DNA of 64,000 nucleotides from Camelus dromedarius (GCF_036321535.1 NC_087472.1:92072001-92136000); one strand, 5' to 3'; counted from the first letter of the stretch, positions 13,635-26,300 are shown. Notes: generated by a model not told the origin, from the letters alone. Made by a program: numbers and translations.

Positions 13635-14660
13635 CCCAAATACTCACTGAAGACCTCTATGCATCAGGCACTGTTCTCAGCCCTGGAGAATTGGCAGTGA
13701 AACAAAATTAAGCCTGCCTACAGAGGGGAAAGATACAGCGGGTTTATAGAAGCAAGTAAGAAAATATTGCAAGGTAAGAAAACACTGAGCAGTGTTCTAT
13801 TTGATAAAGGCTGGTGAGGGCAGATCTTACTAATAAAGAGACATTTGAGTGGAAACCTAAAGGAAGTGAGGATACAGGCCATGCAAATATCTAGGAGAAG
13901 AGCATGCCAGGAAAACAGCAATTTCAAAAATGCTTAGGTGGGACCATACCTGGAATATTGGAGGACTAGTGAAAAGGCGATTGTATATAATGGTGAATGT
14001 GGTGAGGAAAAGAGCTAGGGAAAGAGCAGAAGGCTGTGAAGTTAGAGAAATACCAGAGGGCCAGATCACGTTTGCATGTTTGGCTTGGACCTAAGGATTG
14101 AAAGTCATTGGTGATTTCTGAGCAGAGAATAATATGATCGAACTTGGGTTTTAGGATTCACTTTTGCCTCTGTGGGGAAACACTGCTGGGATGGGGGAAG
14201 CAGGGTGCTATGTTAGGAGGCCACCACAATAGTCTGGAAGAGATTTGTTGTTGGTTTGGATTAAGGCAGCAGTGACACAGACAGAGAAGTATTCATGTAC
14301 TGAATCTACTTTCATAGCGGATCCTTGGGACAGGGGGACATGAGGTAAAGGGGAGGGATCAAGGCTGACTGCTAGGTATTGGCTGGAGTAACTATAAGAA
14401 AGGAGTCACCACCATTTACTGCTATGGGAAGGTGGTGGGAGGAGCAGTCGTGGGTGCATATGGGTGGACAGATCAGGAGTTTGGTTTTGTTCCTTTTGAG
14501 TGTGAAATACCTTTGAAACATCAAATCTGAGCTATTTAGTAGGAAGCTGGATATATGAGTCTGGGATGCAGGGATGACATAAGGGCCAAAGATATGAATC
14601 TGGGAGTCATTAGCATCCCAGAGAGTATTTAAGCCACGGGCTGGATGAGCTCACTGGGGA
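13635..14660 (-). mobile_element. L2 3' region
   Basis: AAATACTCACTGAAGACCTCTATGCATCAGGCACTGTTCT...GATCAGGAGTTTGGTTTTG...TGGGAGTCATTAGCAT. Confidence 0.85.
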
Positions 14661-15575
14661 CGGAGGGCCCCACTCTGGGCTTGAACCTCCCTCCTCTCAG
14701 ATGCTGATAAAGACACAAACAAATCAGAGAAATAGCAGCGATTACTGCTCAGCTGTCACAAAGCAATGCCAGGCAGCTGCAATGCCCCTGGGTAAATACC
14801 CAAAGTAGCTAGTACTTAGCATTTTTTTCAAAATATTTCAAGAATCAATCTTTCTGACAGCCTAGAAATACACAGCAAAGCAGCCTTCCACATGAGTAAA
14901 AATAATGCGTGCACTATCTGGTAGCATAATAGTAACCTCCACAGCACCAGCTGTAGTCACGCTGATGCCTCTTCAGCTTCATTTCTTTTAATTGAACAGC
15001 AGATTGAGAGATCGAGATAGGGTCGAAAAGATGCCAGGGGCTGAGCAGGATTTCCAAAACCCTTCTAATACCTGAATGCCTAACAACAGTGTACTCATAA
15101 GAGCCTGCAAAATGCCAGGCACCTATAATATAGCTCCTGCCTTAAAACCTTGGCCACTTCAGATGCATATCTCATACTTGGGGAATAAGGTATTTGAATT
15201 TTAGCCACATTAATTGTTTTTAAGGGTCAGCTTTGACAACATGAGGAAGTAACTGACCAGCCAGTCCGTGTAATATAGTGGGGGTAAATGAATGAAATCA
15301 GCTTGCTTTTCTGCTCATCTGGAGGTACACGTGACTTGCTTTATGCTGCTAAGTCAGCAAGTGTTCCCCAAGGCTGTTCCTGCCCTTCTTAACTACAGAA
15401 GCATCAAAGCCATGAGGGATTGTATATTTCAACTTGGATTTTTTTTAACGTTAATTATGATGAAAAGATCACTGAAAAGTCAGTGCTATCATCAGCGCAT
15501 CTTTTGTGTGTTTAGGTGAAAAGGTACCTGAAAACAATACTTTGAAAGAGCCAAGATCACTAGTCAGATCCAGTC

Positions 15576-16895
15576 ATGAGACATCACACAGCACATACAG
15601 CCAGCAATCACAGGAATCAATCAGCTAAGAAGACACCTTCCATGCAAAGTACTGCCTCAAAAGAAAGCCAGATACTGAAGAGAAAGAAAGAAGCTGGAGG
15701 AGTAACTTTCGCAGACTTCAGACAATACTGTAGGGCTACAGTAATCAACACAGCACGGTACTGGTACAAAAACAGACATATAGACCAATGGAACAGAATA
15801 GAGAGCCCAGAAATGAACCCACAAACTTTTGGTCAACTCATCTTTGACAAAGGAGGCAAGAAGATACAATGGAATAAAGACAGTCTCTTCAGCAAATGGT
15901 GTTGGGAAAACTGGACAGCAGCATGTAAATCAGTGAAGCTAGAACACTCCCTTACACCATACACAAAAATCAACTCAAAATGGATCAAAGACTTAAACAT
16001 AAGACAAGATACAATAAACCTCCTAGAGGAAAATATAGGGAAAACATTATCTGACATTCATCTCAAAAATTTTCTCCTAGAAGAAATAAAAGCAAGAATA
16101 AACAAATGGGACCTAATTAAACTTACAAGCTTCTGCACAGCAAAGGAAACCAGAAGTAAAACAAAAAGACAACCTACGGAATGGGAAAAAATTTTTGCAA
16201 ATGAAACTGACAAAGGCTTGATCTCCAGAATATATAAGCAGCTCATACAACTCAATAAGAAAAAAATAAACAACCCAATCCAAAAATGGGCAGAAGACCT
16301 AAACAAGCAATTCTCCAAGGAAGAAATACAAATGATCAATAGGCACATGAAAAGACGCTCAATATCACTAATTATAAGAGAAATGCAAACCAAAACTACA
16401 ATGAGGTATCACCTCACACCAGTCAGAATGGCCATCATTCAAAAGTCCACATATGACAAATGCTGGACAGACTGTGGAGAAAAGGGAACCCCCGTACACT
16501 GCTGGTGGGAATGCAGTTCGGTACAGCCACTGTGGAAAACAGTATGGAAATTCCTCAAAAGACTAGGAATAGACTTACCATGTGACCCAGGAATCCCACT
16601 CCTGGGCTTATATCCAGAAGGAACCCTACTTCAGGATGACACCTGCACCCCAATGTTCATAGCAGCATTATTTACAATAGCCAAGACATGGGAACAGCCT
16701 AAATGTTCATCAACAGGTGACTAGATAAAGAAGCTGTGGTATATTTATACAATGGAATACTACTCAGCCATAAAAACCGACAACATAAGGCCATTTGCAG
16801 CAACATGGATATCCCTGGAGAATGTCATTCTAAGTGAAGTAAGCCAGAAAGAGAAAGAAAAATACCGTATGAGATCGCTCATATGTGGAATCTAA
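15576..16895 (+). pseudogene. L1 ORF2 C-terminal fragment (post-RT region with CCHC knuckle) with one premature stop
   Basis: 382-aa ORF whose first ~33 codons come from flank and [21 protein letters not shown] (C-x3-C-x7-H-x4-C) at 16461-16514. TAG at 16722-16724 replaces the usual Trp, and the frame continues IKKLWYIYTMEYYSAIK...LICGI to TAA at 16893-16895. Confidence 0.93.
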
Positions 16896-17210
16896 ACAAA
16901 CAAACAAACAAAGCATAAATACAGAACAGAAATAGACTCATAGACATAGAATACAGACTTCTGGTTGCCAAGGGGGTGGGGAGTGGGAAGAGATAGACTG
17001 GGATTTCAAAATTGTAGAATAGACAAACAAGATTACACTGTATAGCACAGGGAAATATATACAAGATCTTATGGTAGCTCACAGAGAAAGGAATGTGAGA
17101 ATGAATATATATATGTTCATGTATAATTGAAAAATTGTGCTCTACACTGGAATTTGACACAACATTGTAAAATGATTATAAATCAATAAAAAAGGTTAAA
17201 AAAAAAAAAG
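15675..17210 (+). mobile_element. Young 5'-truncated LINE-1 (~1.5 kb: ORF2 C-terminus, 3' UTR, poly(A)), probably camelid L1-1_Vpa-like
   Basis: ORF2 motifs [45 protein letters not shown]-rich 3' UTR tract near 16972-16990, AATAAA at 17185-17190 and an A-tail. Perfect 15-bp TSD AAAGAAAGCCAGATA at 15660-15674 and 17211-17225. Confidence 0.97.
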
Positions 17211-19069
17211 AAAGAAAGCCAGATAATGGCTGAGGGGGCTATTGAATTCGGGCATATCTAGTCCTAAGTCCAAAACAGCAGAGAAAGCTGAAAACAACAA
17301 AGAAAAGAATCTAAAAAAATTAAGGAAAGTATTCTTAAAAAACATTTCACTTTCATGAATAAAGCCATCCTTTTAGTATAAGTAGCAGGCAAAGAAGTCA
17401 TTTAAAAGGCAGCATTAAAACCTAAATTTAGTATTTTATGTATGTATGAGCAAGCACACTTGATATCTTCACTTACTAACAGTTCTTTTGATAAAAGATA
17501 ACTCGACATAGCACATTTAATAAATTCACACTGGAGCCAAATGAATTCACATATGTACTTATATATCCACCATATGTATTTTCAAAAGCATTCATTTGCA
17601 AGTTGGGCATTGTTCAACTGAGCAAACTCTGATATCTTTGAAAAAAATGAAAGTGTATGTTTTATTTATGAGAGTGGGAAACTGAAGCCTTGAAACTTGA
17701 AATTAAAAAAAAAGAACACTGCAAAGCAAATGCCATATTGTATTCAAGCTTTGCTTAACAACTAGACTCAAAATGAACAGCAGGTAACTGAAATTCTTCT
17801 GTGGACCCAGTAGATTTTCAAAAATTGTTAATTGGTGTTGACAGGTTGAAGTTAACATTACTAAAGAGGCCAGTAGAGCCAAAGTGAAACAAAGAAGTAA
17901 CTGAGAAAAATGCCACATTCCATTCAACAGTCTAGAACTCAGCATTAGGAAAAAGAATAGGTATTTATGAGGAAGGAGAAACTGAAGCAGATCCTTTTAA
18001 TCACCATCCTAGCCTAGGTTTGCTTTGGTAGTTAGAGTCTGGAGACTCTTCAACATGCTAAGTAACATATAAATATAAAACACTATAGTTTCACTTTTAT
18101 TAGAGATCCATTCCGAAAGTATGTTCACAGAAGTTGTCACAAAATATAGGTCCATTATGCAAAGGAAAGCATGAGAAAGTTGACAATTTTTAAATTTTAA
18201 AAATTAAAAATTTTCTAGAGTCACCTAAAGAGAGGCAGGTATTTCTATGTAAGCCATCCTATTGTTTCTGTATTTTGTTTAATATAGTCTTACTGGGTGT
18301 TGACTGTGTATCAGGTATCTGGTCAGGTGTTACAGAGGGATACAAAAAAGGACAAGACATCACTCTTTTGATTAGGAATTTTTCAACTTAGTGGAAGAGA
18401 CAAACCCTATAAGCAGAATAGGATAACTTATAAGAGAGCTATAGAGACAGGAGTGACAGAAATGATGTTTGGCTTAAAGAGATCAAGGAAGGCTTTATGG
18501 AAGAGGTATCATTCTCTTTTAATTTGGGGGAAAAGTCACTAAAAATACAAAGACTAATATTTCTTAAAATATACATATACCTCCCCCCAATCTGGATATA
18601 TCAACTTTAACGTCTGTCATACTTGCTTCAAACTATTTTTAAAGAAATATGACATTACTAAAATAGCTTAATTCCCCTTAAACCATGACCAGGATTCCCT
18701 TTCCCAATTATCAGAAGCAACCACTATTATAATTTGGGCTGTGTTTAATTGTACTTATCAAATAATATTATATAAATATCAATCAATTGATCTATTCATC
18801 TATTTTTGTTTATAACGTTCTATAATCTCTTCACACCTGGAGTTTATGTTCTGGGTATCTACTGATGCTAATATATAGAGAAATCTAGTTCATTACTTTC
18901 CCTTTCCTTGTTTAGTATTCTGGATTGTATGTTTTAGTTATGGTGTTCCTTTTTGATAGATTTTCCCTAATTTTCTGCTGTTATAAACTGTTCAACAAAG
19001 AATAGCTTATACACACATAGGACACAAGGACAAGAGGTTATCTAAAGTCTGTGCACAAAGTGGGTCATA

Positions 19070-19195
19070 ACTATGGTGACCAGCTGGCCTGGGAAAATCC
19101 CAGTTTACCCATTTGTTCTGGCATAAATTTTAACAGTGCCCTGTTTCAGGTTCAACGTTGTCTCAGACTGAACGACAAATTATATATTCATCATA
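19070..19195. mobile_element. MER94-like hAT-Blackjack fossil
   Basis: GGTGACCA...CCTGGGAAAATCCCAGTTTA...GACAAATTATAT. Confidence 0.65.
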
Positions 19196-19621
19196 ATAAG
19201 AAAACTTATATTAATCCTAGCATACAGTTTTACAATTTTATGGGCTATTGTTAAGTAGTTCCCCAAAATGGTTGCACCAATTTATACTTCCACTAGCAGC
19301 ATCCTAGAATATAATTCTCTCCCCCACATCTTTCCTAATAATTGATAAACAGATTTTCTAATTACATTTTTAAAATTAATCTGATGGGGAAAAAGATAAT
19401 TCATCATTGTTTTAATCTGTTTTGTACTAATAAAATGAACCATCCTCTCATAGTTGGATTTTCTCATCTCTGAATTATATGCTATAACTTTCACCATTTT
19501 GGCATAAATTTATTTTATTGTTTATCTTTCTTATTGACTTGGAACTCTTTATAGATTTTATATACCAAATTTTTATCATGATAACCAGTGGAAATACAAT
19601 TTCCTACTTTGTCACTTTTCT

Positions 19622-20096
19622 ATTTTTTTTTTAACATTTTTTAAATTGAGTTATAGTCATCTTACAATGTTGTATAAAATTCCAGTGTAGAGCACAATTT
19701 TTTAGTTATATGTGAACATACATATATTCATTGTCACATTTTTTTTCGCTGTGAGCTACCACAAGATCTTGTATATATTTCCCTGTGCTATACAGTATAA
19801 TCTTCTTTATCTATTCTGCATATGCTTCTCAGTATCTACAAATTTTGACATCGCAGTCTGTCCCTTCCCACCCCTCACCCGCTTGGCAACCGCAAGTTTG
19901 TATTCTATGTCTATGAGTCTGTTTCTGTTTTGTATTTACGTTTTTTTTCTTTTTTTTAGATACCATGTATTAGCAATCTCATATGGTATTTTTCTTTCTC
20001 TTTCTGGCTTACTTCACTAAGAATGACATTCTCCAGGGATATCTATGTTGCTGCAAATGGTGTTATGGTGTCATTTTTATGGCTGAATAGTATTCC
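19622..20096 (-). mobile_element. Young L1 3' fragment, same family as 15675-17210
   Basis: Reverse complement of the ORF2 end and 3' UTR seen at ~16752-17200. T-tract at the left end. Imperfect TSD ACTTTGTCACTTTTCT (19606-19621) / ACTTGATCACTTTTCT (20097-20112). Confidence 0.93.
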
Positions 20097-20548
20097 ACTT
20101 GATCACTTTTCTTTTAAACTTGTTTGTGATTTTTGTTTGTCTTTGCTTTATATGAGTTTAAAATTATAATGTGGTCAGATTTTAGCTTCTATTTTTATGG
20201 CTGTATTTTGTACTTATGTTGAGAAAGCTTTCCGTAACCAAGGACATATAGATAGTCCCCTAAATTTTGGCAAAGATTAAATCTTGAGTTGGGTCTTTTA
20301 AGGACTAGTTTATCAACAGTGAGGACGGAGAAAGGGCCTATTAAGAAGAAACAGAAAAAGCAGAAACATACAGCAAGTGTTCAGAGATCTTGAGTGGTTT
20401 GCTTTTCTGGGAGTGTTCCATTTATATGGACATCATTGGGCATCATCTAAATTTCTTATTGCCTTCTTTCACTGAAAATCATTTTCTTTCATGTTTTCAT
20501 TTTTATGTTTCCTCTATTACATGTATGGAATACATATCTCTCAGAAGG

Positions 20549-20618
20549 TTTTCTCTCCTCTCTTCCTCTCCCCTTCTCTTTGCTCCTCTTCCCTCCCCTC
20601 TCCTCTCCTCTCCTCTCC
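20549..20618. repeat. (CTCTC/CCTCT)n pyrimidine tract
   Basis: Direct reading. Confidence 0.85.
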
Positions 20619-20649
20619 AAGTGTACCCAGATTTCTGATTCTTAACCCT

Positions 20650-22240
20650 TGTTTGTTGGCTTATTTACTCATTTTGGTAAAATATGTCCTATAGGACCTT
20701 CTTGTGAAAGGGTATATCATAGATACATTTTTCACACCTTGTTCTTCTGCAGACTCCATACATCTGTTCTTATAAGTTAATTGATTAATTAATTGACTAG
20801 ATTTAGAATTGTAGGTAGAAAGTAATTAATAAAATTACCTCAAAAATTTGAAGGCAATACTTAGTTGACCTTTGGCTTCAAATGCTACTCTTGAAAAGTC
20901 CATTGTATTCTGATGGCTGTGACATTGTATACAACCTTTCTCTACCTCCTTTTGGAAGGTTTTTAGAATTTTTACACTTGGTGTCCTAAAATTTCTGGCT
21001 GATATGCCTTGATATGAACCATCTTGAATGCCTTCTGCTGATGGCATGTTGAACTCTTTAAACATGGAAAATTAAGTTTTATCAATTAAGGAAAACTTTC
21101 TTGCATTACTTACTTTATAATTTCCTCTTTTGTACTTTTCCCCCCATTTTTTGCAGCTCTTGAAAATTCCAGTTAGACCTCCTGTACTGATCCCTTTTTG
21201 AAAAAAATCTCATCTCTTTGATAATTTGTTCTACATTCTGGGAGATTTGTGCTATAATATTTTAATCTCTCAAGAGCTCTTATGAGTTCCCTGAATGTCC
21301 ATTTTTAGAGTATCCTGGATGTTATAAATTGCTTCTTTAATGTATTTGGGAATAGTCATGATAATTTTTTGAATTTTTCATCTCCCTGAACACTTTTTGT
21401 TTCCTCACAGTTCTTTTTACCTGTATGCTTAAAAAAAAAAAAAAAACTCTCCCTTTTACACTGTGAGCTTCCCTCAAATAGACTGTAACTCTTGGCTGAC
21501 TATTGCTATGTAAGAGTGAGGTGCTGAGAAGCTGAATGAAAGCTCTGTGAGCATGGTAGCATGACTGAAAAGTGGACTTCAATATATGTGGTCAGAGAAG
21601 TATTAGTCTTTCATTTGGAGGCAACCCTGCCAAAGGCAGGTCTTTTCTCTCTGGCTGCAGTTTTCCCCAGGTAAGAAACCTCATCTTCTGACTAGATTAG
21701 CAGCTTAGCAGTCAATGTCCTGGTAGATGAACACAGAGGAGTGGCAGGAGGGTGTCAGCACCATTCAAAATATAGACTGTTTCTTAATCCCTTCATTTTA
21801 GTACAGTGTCTCACTCCCTCCCTCAGCAATTCCTCCTGACCACAAGTCCAGAGCCACTTTGATCTTCTCTTTCATATTGATTGTTCATTTTCTTTCTGTC
21901 TAGATATGGGATAATTAGACACTTGGATGCCCAGGCTAGGGGAAGATATCTTTAACTTCTTTATATGGACTTTCAACCAAACATGCTGTTTTAAGCCCCA
22001 GTCCTTACTCTGCATCCAGAAGTTCTTGGTATCTCCAAATTCTGAGTTTGCTTATAGTTGCTTCCTATTGACACTCAATTTTAATTTCTTGCACTCTGCT
22101 AAATCAACCAATATTTACTTTCCACCTTCCAATATCTTGAAAATATTTTTTGTATTTTCCACTCATCTCATATTTTTTTTTGTCTGTGTAATATTTTTGC
22201 ATCTATATTACCATGATTTGTGTGGAGATTTGGGAAGGAA
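20650..22240 (-). mobile_element. Ancient HAL1/L1M ORF1 and 5' region relic
   Basis: Minus-strand ORF 20835-21065 ends MDFSRVAFEAKGQLSIAFKFLR, resembling the L1 ORF1p C-terminal motif (DFS.ETL.ARR.W..IFK.L). Confidence 0.65.
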
Positions 22241-22243
22241 TAC

Positions 22244-22677
22244 TGCAGTAGATTGAATGGTGTGCCCCCCTCAAGATTATGTCCACCTGGAACCTGTGAA
22301 TGTCACCTTATTTTGAAAAAAGGTCTTTGCAGAAGTAGTTAAGTTAAAAAATTGCAGTTACACAGGTGGGTGCTAAGTCCAATAGTCAGTGTTTTTATCA
22401 GAGACAAAGAGAAGAAATACAGGGGGGAGAATCACGTGAGGAAGGAAGTGGAGATTGGAGTGATGTGTCAAGGAATGGCAAGGATTGCAAGCAACCGCTG
22501 AAACCCAGGAGAGACACATGGAACAGATTCTCCCGCAGATTCTCCAAAAGAAAACAACCCTGCCAATACCTTGATTTGGGGCTTCTGGCTTTCTGCACCG
22601 AGAAAGGGAAAATTTCTGTTGTTTCAAGCCACCCAGTTTGTGGTAATTTGTTACAGTAGCCCTAGAAAACTAATACA
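22244..22677 (+). mobile_element. MaLR solo LTR (MLT1B/C-like)
   Basis: TG...CA ends. GGAACCTGTGAATGTCACCTTATTT and TTTCAAGCCACCCAGTTTGTGGTAATTTGTTACAGTAGCCCTAGAAAACTAATACA. Confidence 0.9.
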
Positions 22678-22734
22678 AGCACAGATAAACACTTGGCCCC
22701 AGTTTACTATATTTAACGTCAGAACTTTTCAAGT

Positions 22735-23360
22735 ATTTAATTTTCTTATTGAAGTATTTTATATATGTGTGTGTGAGTGTGCATGTATGTGTGTACACAC
22801 AAATCGTAAGTATATTTCTTGATGAATCACCACAAATAGAACAAATCCATATAGCCAGCAACTAGTTCAAGAAACAGAACATTACATTAACATCCCAGAA
22901 GTCTTCTTCATGGTGCCTTGCCATCACTTCTCCCCTAAGCAAAGGTAACAGCTACTCTGATTTCTAACCATAATACTTAATTTTATTATTTTTAAAATTT
23001 TAATAAATTTAAATCATACATTATATACTCATTGTCTAGCTTCTTTCACATAAAATTATAAGATTCATGTATATTATTGTGTATAGAGTTTATTCATTTT
23101 TATTAATGTAAATTATTCCATTAGGTGACCATACCACAATTTACGTATTTCTTATACCATTGATGGATCTTTAGGTAGTTTTCAATTTGGGGCCACTACA
23201 AATAGTGTTGCTATGAACATTTTTGCACATGTTTTGTATATATCTGTTGGATATATACCTAGGAGGGAAAAGATAGGTTAGATGTTCAGCTTAAGTAGAC
23301 ACTAGTAAACAGTTTTACAAAATGATTGTATTAATATCCATCCCATTATCAGTATTTGGG
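22735..23360 (-). mobile_element. Ancient L1M 3' region
   Basis: TTATTGAAGTATTT...GATGGATCTTTAGGTAGTTTTCAATTTGGGGCC...GGATATATACCTAGGAG, antisense L1. Confidence 0.75.
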
Positions 23361-26300
23361 GTTATTCAGGGATGTTCAGGTATCTTGCTTGTGCCATCAT
23401 TACAAATGGGCATCATGTAGCAGTCAAGTATTTGTGACAGGTTTGACTGACATAAAATTATTAGTGTCTTGTACATCCATTCAATATTGCATCACTGTAA
23501 AAGGCTGAAAAACAACATGGTTCCTTTCTACACCTGAAACCTACTCATGCAAAGTTCAGATTTGTTGAAGTGACAATGAGGCACCTCCTTGTCTACAAAA
23601 ATGACAAGGCTAACACACAAGACATCATCAGCATAATATGAGGAAGGCTATTTAAGATCCACTAGTCCTCATTATTACCAGAGTATTAGCATTCTGATGA
23701 TCCCATGAGCATGAGTAATTTTAATCTTTAAATACATGTTTTTTCTTTCCCAAGTACTCACAAACCAAGAATACTTACTTTTAGGGGCACTGAATTTAAT
23801 AAAATAAATTAAGTAGTGTATTTAAAATTACAACCAGTAACCTTCTGAGGGGCTTCAGCACCATTTTGAAACGAAATAGAAGGAACTTGAAACTCACATA
23901 AATGTATTAATTAGTCAAAGTAAGGTGAGACAGGGCTTGGTTTTTGTGTCATGTTAATTAATATCTGTAAGTTCAGTTGACAATGATTATAGTTTCCTGG
24001 GAAGATCAAGGGCAGTGCTATCTGACCCCTCACACTAAATTCTACTCCTTTAATTTAGTATGCTTTAGATTTGTAACCAAATATTTCTTGAATAGAGTTT
24101 TGTGATTGTGTGTGATTTAATTAGCTATAATCACACTGAACTATTTTAACTGAATACTTGTGACATATGGCATGTCTTTTCAAATAGGTATAAAATTATG
24201 GTGGAAATAAATGTCATACTCACATACATTAGCCCCAAGACAATCACGATTACAAGAAGTACTTGTTTAGTTAAAGGTTACAATCTAATTCTTCCATTTA
24301 CTGGTATTATTTCTGTCACTATACACGTTTTCATTAATAGGAACATATTTTTAATAGTTGGCCACCTATGATTCAGCTATTTAAACCTAAAAGGTGTAAT
24401 TTTAATGCACTCTTAACATTTTAAAAACTCAGAATGTAAATTGAGTAAGAAGACAAAAGATACATACAAGTTAAATAATAAAACCTGTTATCCATGTAAA
24501 TAATACGTGGAGAAGCTATTTTCTACGAACTGTTAAATGGTTCATTTACAAGAAAAGACCAGTAGTCAGACAGGTGTATTGGTGGTTCTTATGATTTCAA
24601 GGTAAAATAGCATGATTTGATGTAAGTTTCCCACATAATATTATTCTGTTTTGACTTTTTTCACAAGATCAAGTCAGAAAATACATTATTTGAGGCAAAA
24701 ATGTAGGAAGGTTATTTATGGTGTGCTTTTTCCTATTAATAAGTTTAATATGCTGTTAGAGAATGTAAACAAGATTTCAGAGATCATTCAGCTTACTAAG
24801 GGCAACAAAATTTTTCAACCTGTGACAGGTCTCTCTTTTCATTCCTATAACCATGTTACCTACTAAATAGGAAGGATCTCTAATAGAAAGTCCTTCCACA
24901 GCTTTTAACTTCATGTAACTCCAAGTAAAAATACTAAGGTTGAATTATACAACAAGAAGATAACTACAACACAAACTCTTTTTCAATAAATTTAAGTTAT
25001 TTTCTCCCCAATTAGCTTGAATTAATGGAGTTTTACTATATAATCATTTAGGTATGTGAAGATATCTTTTAAGAAAGAAGATGGAAAATCTCCCCAATAT
25101 ATCGAGTATTGCTGAATGCTAACAGGGCTGAATGGACTCCAGTTGAATATTCCAGGCCACTTGGGAAAGGAAGATGCAGAAATAACTTTGGGATGACCAC
25201 CAAGCTAGGAAGAGGTTCATAGTCTATCACAGAGAGGAATCTGATTTTTTTTAAAATGAAATCAAAATGAATTGTGGTTAGAAAAACTAAGCAGAGAACA
25301 TTTGATTACAAAGAATTAGATAGAAAAACATAGAGGTTATCATGGAAGAACAGGAACTAAATGCATTTCTTTAGAAGGCCAATCGGTAAACCATGCAAAA
25401 TACTACTACTTACTTTTCTAAACTAAGATAACATTTGTGTGTTGTAACTTTGAGTCCAGTTTTCTAAATATAATATGCTATTGTATTTTGAACTTTTGAA
25501 ATTTCAATACTTGTTTCCATATCAACAAAAAGAACCAATTGTAAAATCTTACAAAATATAAAATTTGTAATCTCTTGTACATTATCACATCCGTATCTCA
25601 CGAAACTTTGATACAACCTAAAATAATTTTAGTACAGTTTGGATGGTGAGTTTTTAATTAAAAATTACTACTAAAGATAAAAGATGAATACTTCTCAATT
25701 TTACTACATTTAATACCATTTTTATCTACAGGGTTGATGCTACAGAATTTTTTGTTTCACCAATGCCAAATTAATTTACTACTTGGAAATTTTATTGTAA
25801 AGGTAAAATTAGTGATTGAATTTTTGCCTCATTTCTGTCAGGAAGTTATATGATACAAGACAATTTGTTAGGATGTAGGATGTTTCATTTATTTTATTAT
25901 GAAATATATGCCAGTTCCAGGAAATAACTTTTCTTTGCTCCTAGGGACTCCCAAAAGTGTAGCTTCTAGAGCCTTCTCAAAGGTATCAATTATTTAATAA
26001 AAAATGAAAAAGAGCCTTCTCAGTCCTGGGCTATTTTCTCCTAAGCTTTTCTGGATAAGGTGAAATCAGTTATTATTACTAGGCCAACTTCAACCCAGAC
26101 CATATCCCTAGTAGAATGTTTATCTTGGGCGTCCAGTAACCCAGCGATTATCAGGCTTAATTCCTTCCTCTTTGCACCTCTTGCAAAATGTTAAAACATT
26201 ATGAACATATAGCTTTCTCAAAGTAGGTTCTTCGAGGATAATACAGGAAGCATGTACTGAGCCTTTCTTTCTTAGGCATTTGGTAATTAATCATAATCAT

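Larger units (their letters stand above)
18515..20265 (-). mobile_element. Ancient L1M-type 3' region, interrupted by a MER94-like element and a young L1
   Basis: Degenerate antisense L1 motifs such as CCAAAATGGTTGCACCAATTTATACTTCCACTAGCAG and TCATTGTTTTAATCTG. Confidence 0.7.
18285..20400 (-). mobile_element. L2 fragment split in two (~18285-18513 and ~20275-20400) by an L1M insertion
   Basis: GGAAGGCTTTATGGAAGAGGTATCATT ... TGAGTTGGGTCTTTTAAGGA rejoin into a recalled L2 motif. Confidence 0.6.

Noticed and set aside
15657..17160. Minus-strand ORFs 15657-15869, 15833-16057, 16058-16393 and 16879-17160
   Set aside because: Antisense shadows of the L1 ORF2 and 3' UTR. They resemble mis-annotated repeat-derived hypothetical proteins and are not genes.
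17703..17945. Hydrophobic 80-aa minus-strand ORF resembling a membrane peptide
   Set aside because: T-rich strands give Leu/Phe-rich ORFs by chance. No promoter, splice or homology support.
18185..18214. AT-only imperfect palindrome
   Set aside because: Low complexity, expected at this base composition.
19712..20020. Similar ORFs at 19712-20020, 42033-42215 and 16879-17160 (..SYHKILYIFPCAIQ..) suggesting a gene family
   Set aside because: All are antisense translations of the same L1 3' UTR.
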